From Methanobacteriota archaeon (GTDB lineage Archaea; JAADCQ01; Methanopyri; Methanopyrales; Methanopyraceae): a stretch of DNA of 64,000 nucleotides. The notes under the pieces were generated by a model. That model was not told where the DNA came from and searched no databases. It was given only the letters and a program-made list of their open reading frames with translations. Position 1 is the stretch's first letter. Each line of letters begins with the position of its first letter. The position numbers and the translations under genes were made by a program. Location of the stretch: positions 224,001 to 288,000 of the forward strand of contig JAMOPO010000015.1 of NCBI GenBank assembly GCA_027064425.1, in the 5' to 3' direction. Below are positions 7,209 through 18,465 of the stretch, in pieces.

Positions 7209-9392
7209 TCAGCCACCGAGAGTGGTGTAAAGGATGTAGTCCAGGAGCAAGGCCAGCGTGAACATCAGCGCGCCGACGGCTACCTCGGTCACTTCCCTGA
7301 GCGCGTCCAGCGGGTTCTCGCCCGCCAACAGCTTCTCCAGCATCCCCTCCAGCGTCACGAGCGCCAGCGCCACCGGCACGGCGATGATGACCTTAACGAG
7401 GAGCTCTTTCAGCCACGGCCGCCGAGACTCAACCACGGCGCCTCCGAGCAGCACCCCGGATTTGACCTTGTCGAACACCCACCACTCGAGGCCCGCCGCC
7501 CCAACCCTCCAGGCGGGGTCCCCGACCAGGCAGTGGCTCCCGGGAAGCACGGGCACGATCAGCCGGCGGTCGTTCATGGGAACGATGACCCGAAGGACGG
7601 CCAGCCGATCCTTAGGCAGGTCCACGCGCACCACCTGATACTTCAGCTTACCTAGTCCGGGAACGTCTGCGGTACCCTCGCGCACCACCGTCCAGCGAGC
7701 GGGTTGAGCTCCGGGCGCGTGCACGCCGGTGTACGCCTCCCGGTACGCGTCCCTGGGCACGGTCGCGCACCGCAGGATCCGGGCCCCAGCGGGCAGCGGC
7801 ACCTCCGGGACCGTGGCGACGACGTCGAGGAGCACCGCGTCCGCCCGCGCGAGCCGCAGCACGATCGTCTCCGGGCCCCGCGCGAGGTCCCGCAGCCGGC
7901 CGACCTGCAGGAGGTTCGTCTTCAGGAGGGCCCCGCCCGCCGCGTACCACGGGATGACCAGCACGTACAGGTCGGGGTGCAGGTTGCGCAGGAGCCGGGA
8001 GTCGTTGAGCCCGACGTACCACTGATCGCCCGCGCGGACGAGGCAGAGGTACCGTGGCAGGCCCTCGAGCAGGAGGTTGGCGGTGAGGCCGATCGGCAGA
8101 TACTCGCTGGACCGCAGCCGGAGGTACAGGAACGCGTCGTCATCGGTCCTCACATGGAGGGCCAGGGCGTTCTCGAGGAGCGGCTTGAGGATCCGGCCGA
8201 GCTGCGACTCCAGAAGGTACTCGGACCGAGTGCTGCACTCGAGCCCGCGCATCGAGACCACGTGGACCCACTCGGGCAGCCGGAGCGAGGCCCGCTCACT
8301 CGGCGGGCTGGGCGGGTGGTACCTCTCGCACCAGCGCTCCACGTCCTCAACTGAGCTCTGCGTCAGTACTATGTCCGCGGGCACGATCGCCGCCAACTCC
8401 AGGCTCAAGCGCGGCACGTACACGGTCCCCTCCACTCCGGGCCACAGCCGGAGGAGCACGTGTACCGCTCGGTCCCCGTCCCTCAGCACCACGAGCTGGT
8501 GGTCCAGGGGCTCCGGGCGTGGCAGGGGGAGGGAGTCGGCGTGCACCGACGCAGGCAGCGCTAGAACCGCCGAGAAGAGCACGACGATCGCCCACCGGCG
8601 CCGGCGGACCGGGGGCACGACCGGCGGTAGGACCAGCGCTCGCCGCTTGGAGTGTGAGGGCGGGACCTCGGGTCCGCCCCGGCTCACCGTGACGGGCTCC
8701 AGTCGCCCGCGCCTGAGGTCCTCGAGGCTCAGGGCGCACAGGCCCAGTCCCTCGAACGAGGCTCCGCGGTCCAGAAGGGCGCGGCCATCGTCGACCCATA
8801 GGACGTAGCTGTCCCTGACGTCCTCAGACTCGTTCTCGAACGAGACTCCGAGGTGGTAACCATCGTCCCCCGCCAGTAGCAGGTGCCCGTTGACGGCGCG
8901 CGCCCGCACCTCGACGACCAGGAGGCCACGGTCGACCCGCGCCTCCAGAACGGGGACGTCCACGTACCCTCGGTCCAGCAGGTCGCCGAACGCGCGCCGC
9001 ACGCCCTCCGGGAACCCTTCGACCGGAACCCTGACGTACCAGCCCCGGTCGACGTACACGCCGGTTTCCCGCCACTCGATCCGGCGGTGAGTGGTCCGCC
9101 AACCGTGCACCGCGTGCTTCGACCACTCGGATTTGGGCGGCAGCTTCAGCTCGCCGTGAGAGCTCGACCTCAGCTCGCTCTCGGAGAACCAGTACACGCC
9201 CAGCACCTCCGAGTTGAGCGGCAGGAGGACCCGAACCGTGTCCGATTCCGACACGTGCACCAGGTACAGGAGGTCCGCGTGGTCGCCGCTCGGGACCCCC
9301 TCAAAGAACACGTCTACTTGGTCGGCGGTGCCCGGGACGAGGACCGTGAATGTCGCCAAAAGGACGGCGATCGTGGTCGCCCGGGAGGCCAT
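7209..9392 (-). CDS. Secreted/membrane multi-domain protein with internal Pro/basic motif and second signal peptide
   Basis: N-terminal signal peptide; internal ALVLPPVVPPVRRRR followed by WAIVVLFSAVLALPASVHA; two C-terminal TM helices. Confidence 0.75.
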   Translation of the reverse strand: MASRATTIAVLLATFTVLVPGTADQVDVFFEGVPSGDHADLLYLVHVSESDTVRVLLPLNSEVLGVYWFSESELRSSSHGELKLPPKSEWSKHAVHGWRTTHRRIEWRETGVYVDRGWYVRVPVEGFPEGVRRAFGDLLDRGYVDVPVLEARVDRGLLVVEVRARAVNGHLLLAGDDGYHLGVSFENESEDVRDSYVLWVDDGRALLDRGASFEGLGLCALSLEDLRRGRLEPVTVSRGGPEVPPSHSKRRALVLPPVVPPVRRRRWAIVVLFSAVLALPASVHADSLPLPRPEPLDHQLVVLRDGDRAVHVLLRLWPGVEGTVYVPRLSLELAAIVPADIVLTQSSVEDVERWCERYHPPSPPSERASLRLPEWVHVVSMRGLECSTRSEYLLESQLGRILKPLLENALALHVRTDDDAFLYLRLRSSEYLPIGLTANLLLEGLPRYLCLVRAGDQWYVGLNDSRLLRNLHPDLYVLVIPWYAAGGALLKTNLLQVGRLRDLARGPETIVLRLARADAVLLDVVATVPEVPLPAGARILRCATVPRDAYREAYTGVHAPGAQPARWTVVREGTADVPGLGKLKYQVVRVDLPKDRLAVLRVIVPMNDRRLIVPVLPGSHCLVGDPAWRVGAAGLEWWVFDKVKSGVLLGGAVVESRRPWLKELLVKVIIAVPVALALVTLEGMLEKLLAGENPLDALREVTEVAVGALMFTLALLLDYILYTTLGG

Positions 9393-9647
9393 CGCGCGGG
9401 CCCCCGGCCCGCCTGCAACGTCAGGTTCATTTAACTTACTGTCAAGTCCACTGGCCGGCAGGAGAGGACCGGTCGCGTGGGTGCCACATCACCGAGGCCC
9501 GCACCACTCGTTCGACCCCGGACCGAATGAGCCGACGCCGAAGCGGTGCGTTGAACCTCCGGAGACGAAAGCTACCCTTCCGTTTCGTCGAGTCGCGATC
9601 GTCCCCACCGGCGAGCCTCTGGGGGCGGTGAAAGTCACGGTGTACGG

Positions 9648-10523
9648 GTGCGGGACGAGAGCAAGGCCGTGAAGCTGGTCGAGAATCGTCTGAGGGTAGA
9701 TTACGAGCTACCGCTGGGCGGCGCGCACCTGGCGTATCGGGCGGCGGAGGCCGGGCGCGATGCGGTCCTGTGCGGTCCGAAGCTTGACCTCTCGGAGGGG
9801 TCGAAGGAGCGATTGGAGTCAGTCGGTGTGGGGCTCGAGACGGGCGACAGCGTGTAGGTGCGGGGCATGGTGAGGTGTACGTACACCCCGTTCGGGTGCA
9901 CGGTAGAGATCGCCAGGAGGTTAATCGACGACGTCCGCGAGGGAGCCGTTCTCCGCACGACGTGCACGTGCCCACCGACCGCCCTGCACCACGACCTAGA
10001 GCGCGAGCCTCGCACGGATCGGGAGGACGCTGGTGCCTCCTCCTTTCACCCTGCCGGGATCCCGGGCACGGAAACTCGAGACCTGGTACTGGTGGCAGAC
10101 GCGCGAGCCGAAGGGTCAGGGATCGAGCTGTCGTCGGAGGAGCAAGTCGAGCGGTGTACCGACTTGGCGGAGGACATGAAGTACGGCGTCTACGTCTTGG
10201 ACCCCGAGATCGCTCCGCTCATCAAGGACATGTCCATAGTTCTCACCGTGAGGGCAGTCCAGGCGATCTGCAACTACCTCCAGGTGGATTTGCGGTGCTC
10301 CCACCGGGATGATCGAGGAGCAAGTGGAAGAGAGATGCCATCCACCATGGCGTACTCGGTCGGCAAGCACGGGATGGACGCGCTCGACAAGATTGATGGG
10401 GAGGCGCTGCTGAAGTCACTACGGAACATGGCACTCACGGAGGGCATCGAGCGAGTTGTGGACTTTTCAAGCGGTGCCACCCGGACTCCATCAACGGTGA
10501 CCGAGGGAGCATGCGAGAGCTGA
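9648..10523 (+). pseudogene. Degenerate hypothetical gene (in-frame TAG at 9855-9857)
   Basis: Two protein-like ORFs abut in the same frame across one TAG; the region looks less GC-rich. Confidence 0.35.
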
Positions 10524-11375
10524 GTTCCATGATGGTGCCTCCGGACAATCTGGTGGACGAGTTCGAGAGATCGTGGAAGAAGCTCCGGTCCAGTACGTTC
10601 GCCGGAAGTTTTCGAGGAGCGGTGCTGGAGCTTCCGTTCGGCCAGCGCAGCGGTGAGGCCACCTCGCTCGGTCCTAACCCAATCTAAGCGCCCCAGGTCG
10701 CTTCCATGTCGGGTCGCAGTCGACCCGGATTCTGATTACCTCTTCTTCGATGGCGTTGGTCGCGGTCCCGCCCCTGGTTTCACCTTCCGGTCCTGAACGC
10801 CGTGTAACGCACCGTCGCGTTGTGGAGGGGCCAAAGCGCGCCATCCTGACGCTCACGGCCGACTCGTTGGAGGAGGAGTCAGCCCGGCAACGCCTCGGCG
10901 TTGAGCGCGTGCACGCCTCCATTCGCCCGACCTGCCGACGTAAAGGTTGGTGAGAGATCGCGTCCGGGGTACTGCTCACCAGTGACGGCACGTCCACGAG
11001 GGCTTACCGCCTCTGCCCAAGCCACATGTGCCTGGTGCTGCACTTCCATTCCCTGGAGGCGAGGATTACGTGCCATCTTGTCCGAGTCCTGCTTCGGTTC
11101 CATGTGGCACCGCCTCACTTCTTAATCGGGGAAGCTACCGGCACGGGTCGTAAGCTCGCAAATGAGAGGCGACTCCTCTTCCGACTGGGGGTTTAGGCGA
11201 GGACGCAGCCTTTGGCCTTGGTCAGGTGAGACGTGTTGGATGCCCTCTCTGCAGCCTGAGGACAGGAGGCACGTAGCCGAGTCATTCACCATCGGGGCAC
11301 GCTGAAATCATCCACGCATAACGGGCTCGACCCCGGCGACTACCGCGAGCGCCGAGGTCCGTGACTATTTCAAGC

Positions 11376-12701
11376 ATGGCTCGACCGTCACGTCCGGGGA
11401 TCCCGGTGCGGGTCCTACCGATCGCGGTGCTCCTGCTTACCCTCCCGGTGGCCGCCCAGGCGCTTCAGCCCGAGGTCCTGTGGAAGGAGGAGTTCCCCGA
11501 CTGCCCCGGAAGCGGCTTCGTCCACCTGGTGCCCATCGAGGGCAAGGACAACGCGGCGCTGCTCGTCGTCCGCACGCCGGAGCGCTGGTCGCTGTACGAG
11601 GTGAGGGCCCAAGGGGTCACGCACCTCGGGGACGTCAGTCTGGGCACGCCTAGGTCCACGGCGGTCGAGGGAGCCGCGTACCTACCGGACCGAGGCGAGC
11701 TGCTGATCGCGGCCGTGGTTGGTGAGGAGGAGGCTGGTCCGGCCGGCTGCGCCCTAGCGGTCAGCCTCCGGCGCAGCGGGACCGACGTCCGAAGGTTCGA
11801 TGGCCCCTACCTCGCAGCCAGACCGTGCCCGGATGGGACGGTTCTGGCGCTGCTTTACGAGGGACACGAGTTCCTCGAGGACAAGGGCGTCCACCGCTAC
11901 ACGCTGACCCTGACGCGCCTGCACCCGGACGGTCGCGCGGAGCGGTTGGTAACGTTCGAAGTCCTCTCCACGCTGCCGCCGGGCACCGTGTCGATTCCAG
12001 GCACGCTTCGGATCGAGCCCTTCGGCGACGGCTACTTGATCACGGGCTCGGGCCTCGTGGGCCTGGTCGAACTCAGGAGGACGGCGTCCGGCTGGGAGCC
12101 GGACTGCATCATCCCACCGGACAACTTCGGCCGCGAGAGGCCCGTCCAGTACTTCCAGAACTCGGTCGTCCTGGACCCGTCGGAGCGGCTGATACTCGCC
12201 CGTGTGGCCGAGATCGCGAACCCGGAGATCGGGGACTGGGTGGTCTGCAGGCCCAGCCCGCAGGGCGGTGTCCCGGAGGAGCTGCGGCGGGTGAACCTAG
12301 GAGAGATCCTCTCCTTCCTGCAGACAGGGGTCAGGCTGAGGGTCGACGGGATGGTGTACCGCGTGGTGCCGGCCATCGGACCCTCCTCGGCCGAACTCTT
12401 GATCCTCGGGTCCGGCACGACCCAGGTGTGGGAGGTGCCAGGGTTCCAGGAGCTGGCGGTGACCCCGAGGTTGTACGGTGTCAGAGTCTCCGAAAACGGG
12501 GCGGGCGGATGTACAGTGGAGGTCTGCGCGTTCAAGCCCTCAAGGAGTGAGGAGTGGCTGGCGCCCCTGTTTGGCGGCGCTGGGGAGGGGACCGGGGAGA
12601 GGAGAGTGAGAGGAAGGGAGAGCAGGAGGGGTGAGGGCGGGAAGAGCGGCGGAGTGATGGTCGTCCCGGCGGTCCCACCGCGACGTCCTCGGCGGTCGTG
12701 A
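11376..12701 (+). CDS. Secreted beta-rich protein with Pro/basic C-terminal tail
   Basis: Signal peptide (VLPIAVLLLTLPVAAQA); G/E/R linker; tail GGVMVVPAVPPRRPRRS. Confidence 0.75.
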   Translation: MARPSRPGIPVRVLPIAVLLLTLPVAAQALQPEVLWKEEFPDCPGSGFVHLVPIEGKDNAALLVVRTPERWSLYEVRAQGVTHLGDVSLGTPRSTAVEGAAYLPDRGELLIAAVVGEEEAGPAGCALAVSLRRSGTDVRRFDGPYLAARPCPDGTVLALLYEGHEFLEDKGVHRYTLTLTRLHPDGRAERLVTFEVLSTLPPGTVSIPGTLRIEPFGDGYLITGSGLVGLVELRRTASGWEPDCIIPPDNFGRERPVQYFQNSVVLDPSERLILARVAEIANPEIGDWVVCRPSPQGGVPEELRRVNLGEILSFLQTGVRLRVDGMVYRVVPAIGPSSAELLILGSGTTQVWEVPGFQELAVTPRLYGVRVSENGAGGCTVEVCAFKPSRSEEWLAPLFGGAGEGTGERRVRGRESRRGEGGKSGGVMVVPAVPPRRPRRS

Positions 12702-12879
12702 ACCGAATGCCCGGGAGCCTACCACCCTCAACCTTCACCCACTTGTTTTTCCGAGAATTATCTTCGAGCCTGGGCGTGAGATGCCCAGCATCGTGCCCGC
12801 CCGTCCCGGTCACGCGGTCCTCCGTGTCCCCAACCCCGGAAGACACGGGTCGGACGTCATTCCAGTGCGGTAAATCCAC

Positions 12880-14195
12880 ATCCACAGCGACCGGCGCGGA
12901 GTGAGGGTGGTACGGAGCGCCCCAATTCACGCTATTTCCGTCCAGCTGGATCTCCGGGCTGGTTCCGGTGACTGGGCGGAAAGGGGACGGGGCGTACGTT
13001 TCGGTGCTGATAAACAGGTACCTCGACGAGCACAAGGGTCCGAAGATCGAGCTCTGGTTGCTGAAGTACAACGCATGGGAACGGCGGGTGTCGGTGGGAC
13101 CGGTGTACGGAAAAATTAACGTGTCCGAGCTCAACCCGGAGGATCCGGGATGCTACTTCGAGCCCATCGGTGCCGTGCACGACGCCGAACACGGCCAGCT
13201 GACCATAGCGGTCTCAACCAGGCGCATGCCGGTGCTGGCCATGAGAGTGAAGGCCGGAGCGTCCCCCGAGCTCGTGGACGTGAAGGCCGGTACAGGCTCG
13301 GCTCGTCAGGCTGTACCTGGACTCCGGGGAACGGGAGGTGCTCGCGGAGTTCACGGTGACGCACCCGCCCTACACCAACTCCGGTCACCCGAACCTCGGC
13401 AGGTGCAAGGACGGGTACGTCGTCACGTTCCTCGACGTTCCGGACCGGGCCGTGCTCGTCCGCAGAACCTCCTCAGGCTGGAAGACCGTAACGCTGAGAG
13501 TCCCAGAGGGCTGGGAGTTCGTTGCCTACGGGAAAACAGGTGGAGCAGGCCCGCCGCAGGCGACTACATCTTCCTGCTGAAGCGCGACTCCGACGGGAGG
13601 TCTGAGGTGTCGTCGCGAGCGTCAGCGCGAGCGGTGAGGACCTCCCATACATCGACGTCGTCACGACGACGCTCCCATCAGGAAAGCGTGTCGACTGGCT
13701 AGCATTCGTCGCCTGGGAGGCTGACGGGGACACCCTTAGGCTCGGGTACCTGAAGTGGACTGGCGGAAGGCCGGAGTTCCACCCGATAGGGGAGGTGCGC
13801 GCTGAATACAGGTTCGACTATTGGTTCATGGCCGGCCCGATCCTGCTGACGAGCGAGGGATTACGCCTGGTAAAGGCCGAGCCCGAGCCGGGAGACCTCC
13901 AGGTGGCGTGGGTGAGACCGGACTCATACGAAGTGCGCCTGGGTGAGGAGCTCCGGACGCTTCCCGCGACTGTGCTGGGATGGGACGTGGACGTGGGCGA
14001 GCTGGATGGGACCTTCCTCATAAAGAATGAGGACACCGAGCAGCGAGTCGTGGCCGTTATACGTGGCTCTTGGCCCGTTTTTCGTGCTGGAAAAGAGGTT
14101 GGAGCCGCCCGCGGAGCGACCACCCGGGAAGACGGGTGGTGGCAGCGGTACCAGTCGTAGCCGTCGTCCCCATCCCCAAACGGTCCAAAGCGTAA
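12880..14195 (+). pseudogene. Frameshifted secreted beta-rich protein with Pro/basic tail
   Basis: Protein-like segments in successive frames (ORFs at 12968, 13338, 13795); final frame reads GRRVVAAVPVVAVVPIPKRSKA* ending at 14195; 5' boundary approximate. Confidence 0.55.
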
Positions 14196-14276
14196 ACCAT
14201 CGCTGACCGGCCGGAGCCCCGCCGACGCGCCCGCATCCCGGAACGAAGGTGGAGGCGAGGGGAGGGCGGAAGGGGA

Positions 14277-16163
14277 TCAGGTGCGGACCCAGCGCCTCGG
14301 CGGGATCACCGGCGGTACGAGGACTGGGAACTTTCGCACGCCACCCTGGTCACCTTGACCCTGCTGACCTCCCTCTGAGGACTGCTTACCCTGATGACGA
14401 CCCGGCTGGCCCTTGCCTTCATGGCCTCCCTGGCCCGGCTGGCCCTGGTTCTGGTCCGCCTGCTGACCTCCTCCCTGACCACCCTGCTCGCTGCCCTGCC
14501 CGCCGCCAACGGCCTTCGTTAGTCGAACCTCGAGCTCGTACTGACGATCGACTGAGATCCACATCCGGGGCTCGCACGTGCGGTGCAGGTACCTCTCCGG
14601 TACCGAGGCCACCAGCGGTGCCGAGTACCTCAGAACCAGCTTGTACTCGCCCGGCTCGATTCTCGTTCGCGGGACCAGCTCCAGAGTGACGGTCCACCGG
14701 TCACCCTCCCTCCCAAGCTTCACATACTCGGACACCGCTACGGTGCTACCCGACGCGTCTCGGAGCTCCGCGGTCACCGCCGCCAGCGAGCCCCTGCTCG
14801 CGAAGCCCTCGACGCCCAGCATCACCTTCAGCCGGTCCAGCCCAACCTCCACCTTCTCGACCTTGAACTCCGGCCTCACGACCAGCAGTCCGACCTCTTC
14901 CAGCTTGCCGTCCTCCCCGCCTTCCACCAGCACGAACGGGGCGAACACCTCCAGACGCCTCCCGTACGGATCACGGAACTCGTACTCGTCGACCACCTTA
15001 CCCTCAACGGCGTCGATGAGCCACACTCTGGCGCCTCTCGACCCCCATGCAACCAGGAACTTCACGCTGTCCTCCGAGCCCTTGTCGAACCTAGGTATCC
15101 CCGGCGCCAGGAGCGGTGCCAGCGCTTCGATGGGCTCATCTGACACCAGGCGCCCCCTCATGACGTCGTACAGCTCGCTGCTCACCACTTTTCCATCGCG
15201 TTCCACCGGGTTCCAGTACCTCACGAGCACGTACGGACCTCTCACCATCACGTACATGCCCGTTCCCTTGACGGTTGCGAGCGTTCCCTCACGGACGAGC
15301 CCTGGATGATAAGGGTCAGTAATATCGTAAATGCGGTACTTGACGTCGTAGTAACGCGCATTCTCGGCGGCGCGCTCGGTGACCCAAACCACGAGGAGGT
15401 ACGTCCTCCCGCCGGCGCCGAACACGTCGTACGCCGCCAGGTATGGGTCCGTCAGCACCCGGCTGGCGCACTTCACCCTCCCGGACGGCGCATCTTCCGG
15501 GAACTTGACTGGCACTCCCACAAGGTCCTCGACCAGTACTCTGGGCCTCGTGATCACCCGCTTGATCACAATCTTACCGTTCTTCCTGTCGTAGAAGGGC
15601 ACCAGCACTGTGCGGTCGTCGAGAGCCACCGGCGGTCCGAAGTTGAAGCCGTAGAACACGCTAGCGTCGATGTCAACGTCGTCCCAGAGGTCCACACCGT
15701 CGAGCACCCCGCGCCAGTGGAGGTCCACGTCGCTGGAGTAGTAAGGGCAGTACTTGTTGATCTCCTCAAAGTAGCTGAGGCGTCCGGGTATCCCGAAGTA
15801 AACACCGTACGAAGCACCCGTGTCACATACTATCCCGCTGCCGTCCAACTTGGGCGTCAGCTTGTACCTGTCCACGAGCACACTGTTACCGGATTTATGC
15901 TTGTTCATGGCTAATCTTAAGGCGGGAACTAGCGTTCCTGTTCCCCTGCGCTTCTCCAACCACTCCGTAGTATAGGTGCTCACGATCGCCTTATCATCAT
16001 AGTTATAGTACCTGTATTCAAGCGCGCACCAACCGTGGATGAGGGGCTGTCTGGGGATCCCCAGCTCATCGCACCTCGTCATGTGCACGATCTCCAACGC
16101 CGCCAGACCCGGAGTAGGAAGGATCAGTAGGGCGACTAACACCGCGGGGCTGGGACCTCGCAC
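14277..16163 (-). CDS. Secreted protein with Gly/Gln-rich linker and Pro/basic tail
   Basis: Signal peptide; GGQG/QQ linker; tail VRKFPVLVPPVIPPRRWVRT. Confidence 0.8.
   Translation of the reverse strand: MRGPSPAVLVALLILPTPGLAALEIVHMTRCDELGIPRQPLIHGWCALEYRYYNYDDKAIVSTYTTEWLEKRRGTGTLVPALRLAMNKHKSGNSVLVDRYKLTPKLDGSGIVCDTGASYGVYFGIPGRLSYFEEINKYCPYYSSDVDLHWRGVLDGVDLWDDVDIDASVFYGFNFGPPVALDDRTVLVPFYDRKNGKIVIKRVITRPRVLVEDLVGVPVKFPEDAPSGRVKCASRVLTDPYLAAYDVFGAGGRTYLLVVWVTERAAENARYYDVKYRIYDITDPYHPGLVREGTLATVKGTGMYVMVRGPYVLVRYWNPVERDGKVVSSELYDVMRGRLVSDEPIEALAPLLAPGIPRFDKGSEDSVKFLVAWGSRGARVWLIDAVEGKVVDEYEFRDPYGRRLEVFAPFVLVEGGEDGKLEEVGLLVVRPEFKVEKVEVGLDRLKVMLGVEGFASRGSLAAVTAELRDASGSTVAVSEYVKLGREGDRWTVTLELVPRTRIEPGEYKLVLRYSAPLVASVPERYLHRTCEPRMWISVDRQYELEVRLTKAVGGGQGSEQGGQGGGQQADQNQGQPGQGGHEGKGQPGRHQGKQSSEGGQQGQGDQGGVRKFPVLVPPVIPPRRWVRT
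14345..14510 (-). repeat. Low-complexity Gly/Gln coding repeats
   Basis: GGGQGSEQGGQGGGQQADQNQGQPGQGG...GQPGRHQG... Confidence 0.6.
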
Positions 16164-16443
16164 GCTTCACAACCCCCGAGCAGGGCTCCGTCCCCCACCG
16201 GAAGACCATACTATCTATACGCATTGAGTAATATCACGGTTCGGAAGGTACTAGAACGTTATATGATTTCGTGGATCGGAATACACGACGGACGTGCACG
16301 GCGCGCCGGCGCGGTGGACGAGAGGGCCGTAGTTCGCCTCTGGAACGCGAAGGTACCGGGTGGCTGGACTGGGGTAATCCACGAGCCTCGGGAGGATTTC
16401 GGCGGGGGTGTGAGCCTCTCCATCCGTCGCCGAGCTGAGGGAC

Positions 16444-17295
16444 GTGACCGTCCGCTTCGGAGACGTGACGGTACTGCGAGCCGTGGATCTCACGGTCGAG
16501 GAAGGCGAGTGCCTGGTTCTCTTGAGCCCGAACGTGTCGGGAAAAACCACCCTGTCGCGCGTCGTCGCGGGGGAGCTCGAGCCCTCCGAGGGGGAAGTCC
16601 GCGTCTTCGGCGAGGTCCTCCCGAAGGCTGGCCGGCCGCGTGGGCTACGTGCCGCAGGAGCGCCTCCATTACGGGTACCTCACGGCCCTGGAGAACCTCC
16701 GCTTCTTCGCGACCATGTACGGGACGTCTAAGGACCGCGTCCGTGAGCTCGTCCAGCGGTTTGGCCTTCCGGACCGGCGGGAGGACCGGCTGAGCGGGGG
16801 GCTACCGGCGGAGACTCAGCCTGGCGATCGCCCCCTGCCGAACCCCAACCTGCTGATCCTGGACGAGCCCACGGAGGGCCCCCGACGTCAAGTCTCGGCG
16901 CGAGCTCTGGGAGCTCCTTGAGGGGCTGAAGTATGGTCGCGCCCTGCTGGTCGCGACTCATGACATGGAGGGGGCGGAGCTCCTGGCCGATCGGATCGCC
17001 GTGATCCACGAGGGGGGAGATCGTCGCAGTCGGCACGCCCGAGGAACTTCGGCGGGAGGTGAGTGGCGAGCCCGTGATCGTGGTGAAGGGAGCCATCCGG
17101 GGCGAGGAGGAGCTCCCGTTTACGGCGGTGCGGAGGGGGGCGACGAGCTGGAGTCCACGTGGAGAATCCCGACCGTGACCTTGTGAGGGTCGTGGAGGCG
17201 CTGCAGAGGGCAGACTCTCAGATCGGGGGGTCCGGGTGGAGGAGACCTCGCTCGAGGACGCGTTCGTCAGGCTGACCGGGGTCGAGCCGGCTTGA
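16444..17295 (+). pseudogene. ABC transporter ATP-binding subunit, frameshifted
   Basis: Degenerate Walker A (SPNVSGKTT), GYVPQE, LSGG, LLILDEPT and MEGAELLADRIAVI are spread over different frames. Confidence 0.8.
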
Positions 17296-18397
17296 ACTCT
17301 CGGCGCGTCCTGGCGGTCGCGGTCAAGGACGTCAGGGGGAACACTCCGCGATCGGTCCGCGGTCTTTTGGGTGTTCGTGTTTCCGATCCTCCCGCTCACG
17401 GTGTTCAAGTTCAGTTCGGCGGGAGTCACCGGCTCCGCGCGGACGTGGGCGTGGTCACGTACGGCTCGAAGATCGCGGAGGCCTTCGTGGAGGGTCTGAA
17501 GGGCTCGAAGGAGCTGCACGTTAGGACGCTGTCCGACGAGCGGGGGGTCCTCCGCCTGCTGAAGCGGGCGACCTGGACGCGGTGATCACGTTCCCCGCGG
17601 GTTCGACCGCGCGGTCCGGGAGGGGAGCGACCGCGGGTAAAGGTGTACGTCGACCACACGGATCCGCGGGAGTACAAGGCGGTGAAGGGAGCGGTGATCG
17701 GCGCGCCGGAGGGGTTGAAGCGAGATACGCCGAGAGGTTCCAGCTCCGTACGTGGAGTTCGTCGAGGCGTACGCGAAGCCCTTCCGCGTGGACGTGCACG
17801 GGGCGACGCGGGCGGTGATGAAAGGCTTCTTCCCGCTCGCGTTCATCAGCGTGCAGTTGCTGTTCGCAGCGTCGGCGGCGATGCTGACGCTGGACGAGCT
17901 GAGGACGGGTACGCTTCGGCAACTGGCGACCACCCCGGTCTCACCTGGGAGTTCCTGGCCGGCAAGTACCTGGCCACGGCCGTCATCGTGGTGCTAGGCA
18001 CCCTGCTGGGCGTCGCCTACTCGTGCGTGGCCCTCGAAATTCGGTACCTACCCTCGTCCGAGGGCTGAGCCCTCGTGCTGCTGGGAACCGTGGCCTCGAC
18101 GGCCGTCGGCGTCCTGGTGGCGCTGCGTGCCGGGAAGAGAAGTCAGCGAGCGCCATGCTCAACGCCATCGGGATCCCCGCCACGCTCCTCGGGGCGGTCG
18201 TGATCCCGGAGAACCTGGTGCCGGAGGTCGCGCTCAAGGTCCTCCACTGGTACCTTCCCGTAACGTTCGTGCACGCGCTCCGGGCGGCGGACCTGCACGG
18301 TAAGCCGGTGGCGACGGACGTGGTCGTGGGGACGACCGCCACCGCCGCGGTCTTCGCGACGTCGGCCCTGGCGTTCCGGCGGGCGACGAGGGGTTAG
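17292..18397 (+). pseudogene. ABC-2 type permease, frameshifted
   Basis: MNSRRVLAVAVKD, DELRTGTLRQLATTP, EFLAGKYL and LPVTFVHALR occur in different frames. Confidence 0.75.
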
Positions 18398-18465
18398 GCG
18401 ACCTGGCGGCCCCGAACCGTCAGTGATTTCCGTCTGATTATCATCATGACCCAGGGGGCCGGAGT

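Noticed and set aside
18420-18447. ATGATGA...CTGA on the minus strand
   Set aside because: Only two boxes, in an AT-rich stretch better explained as the promoter of the peptidase gene.
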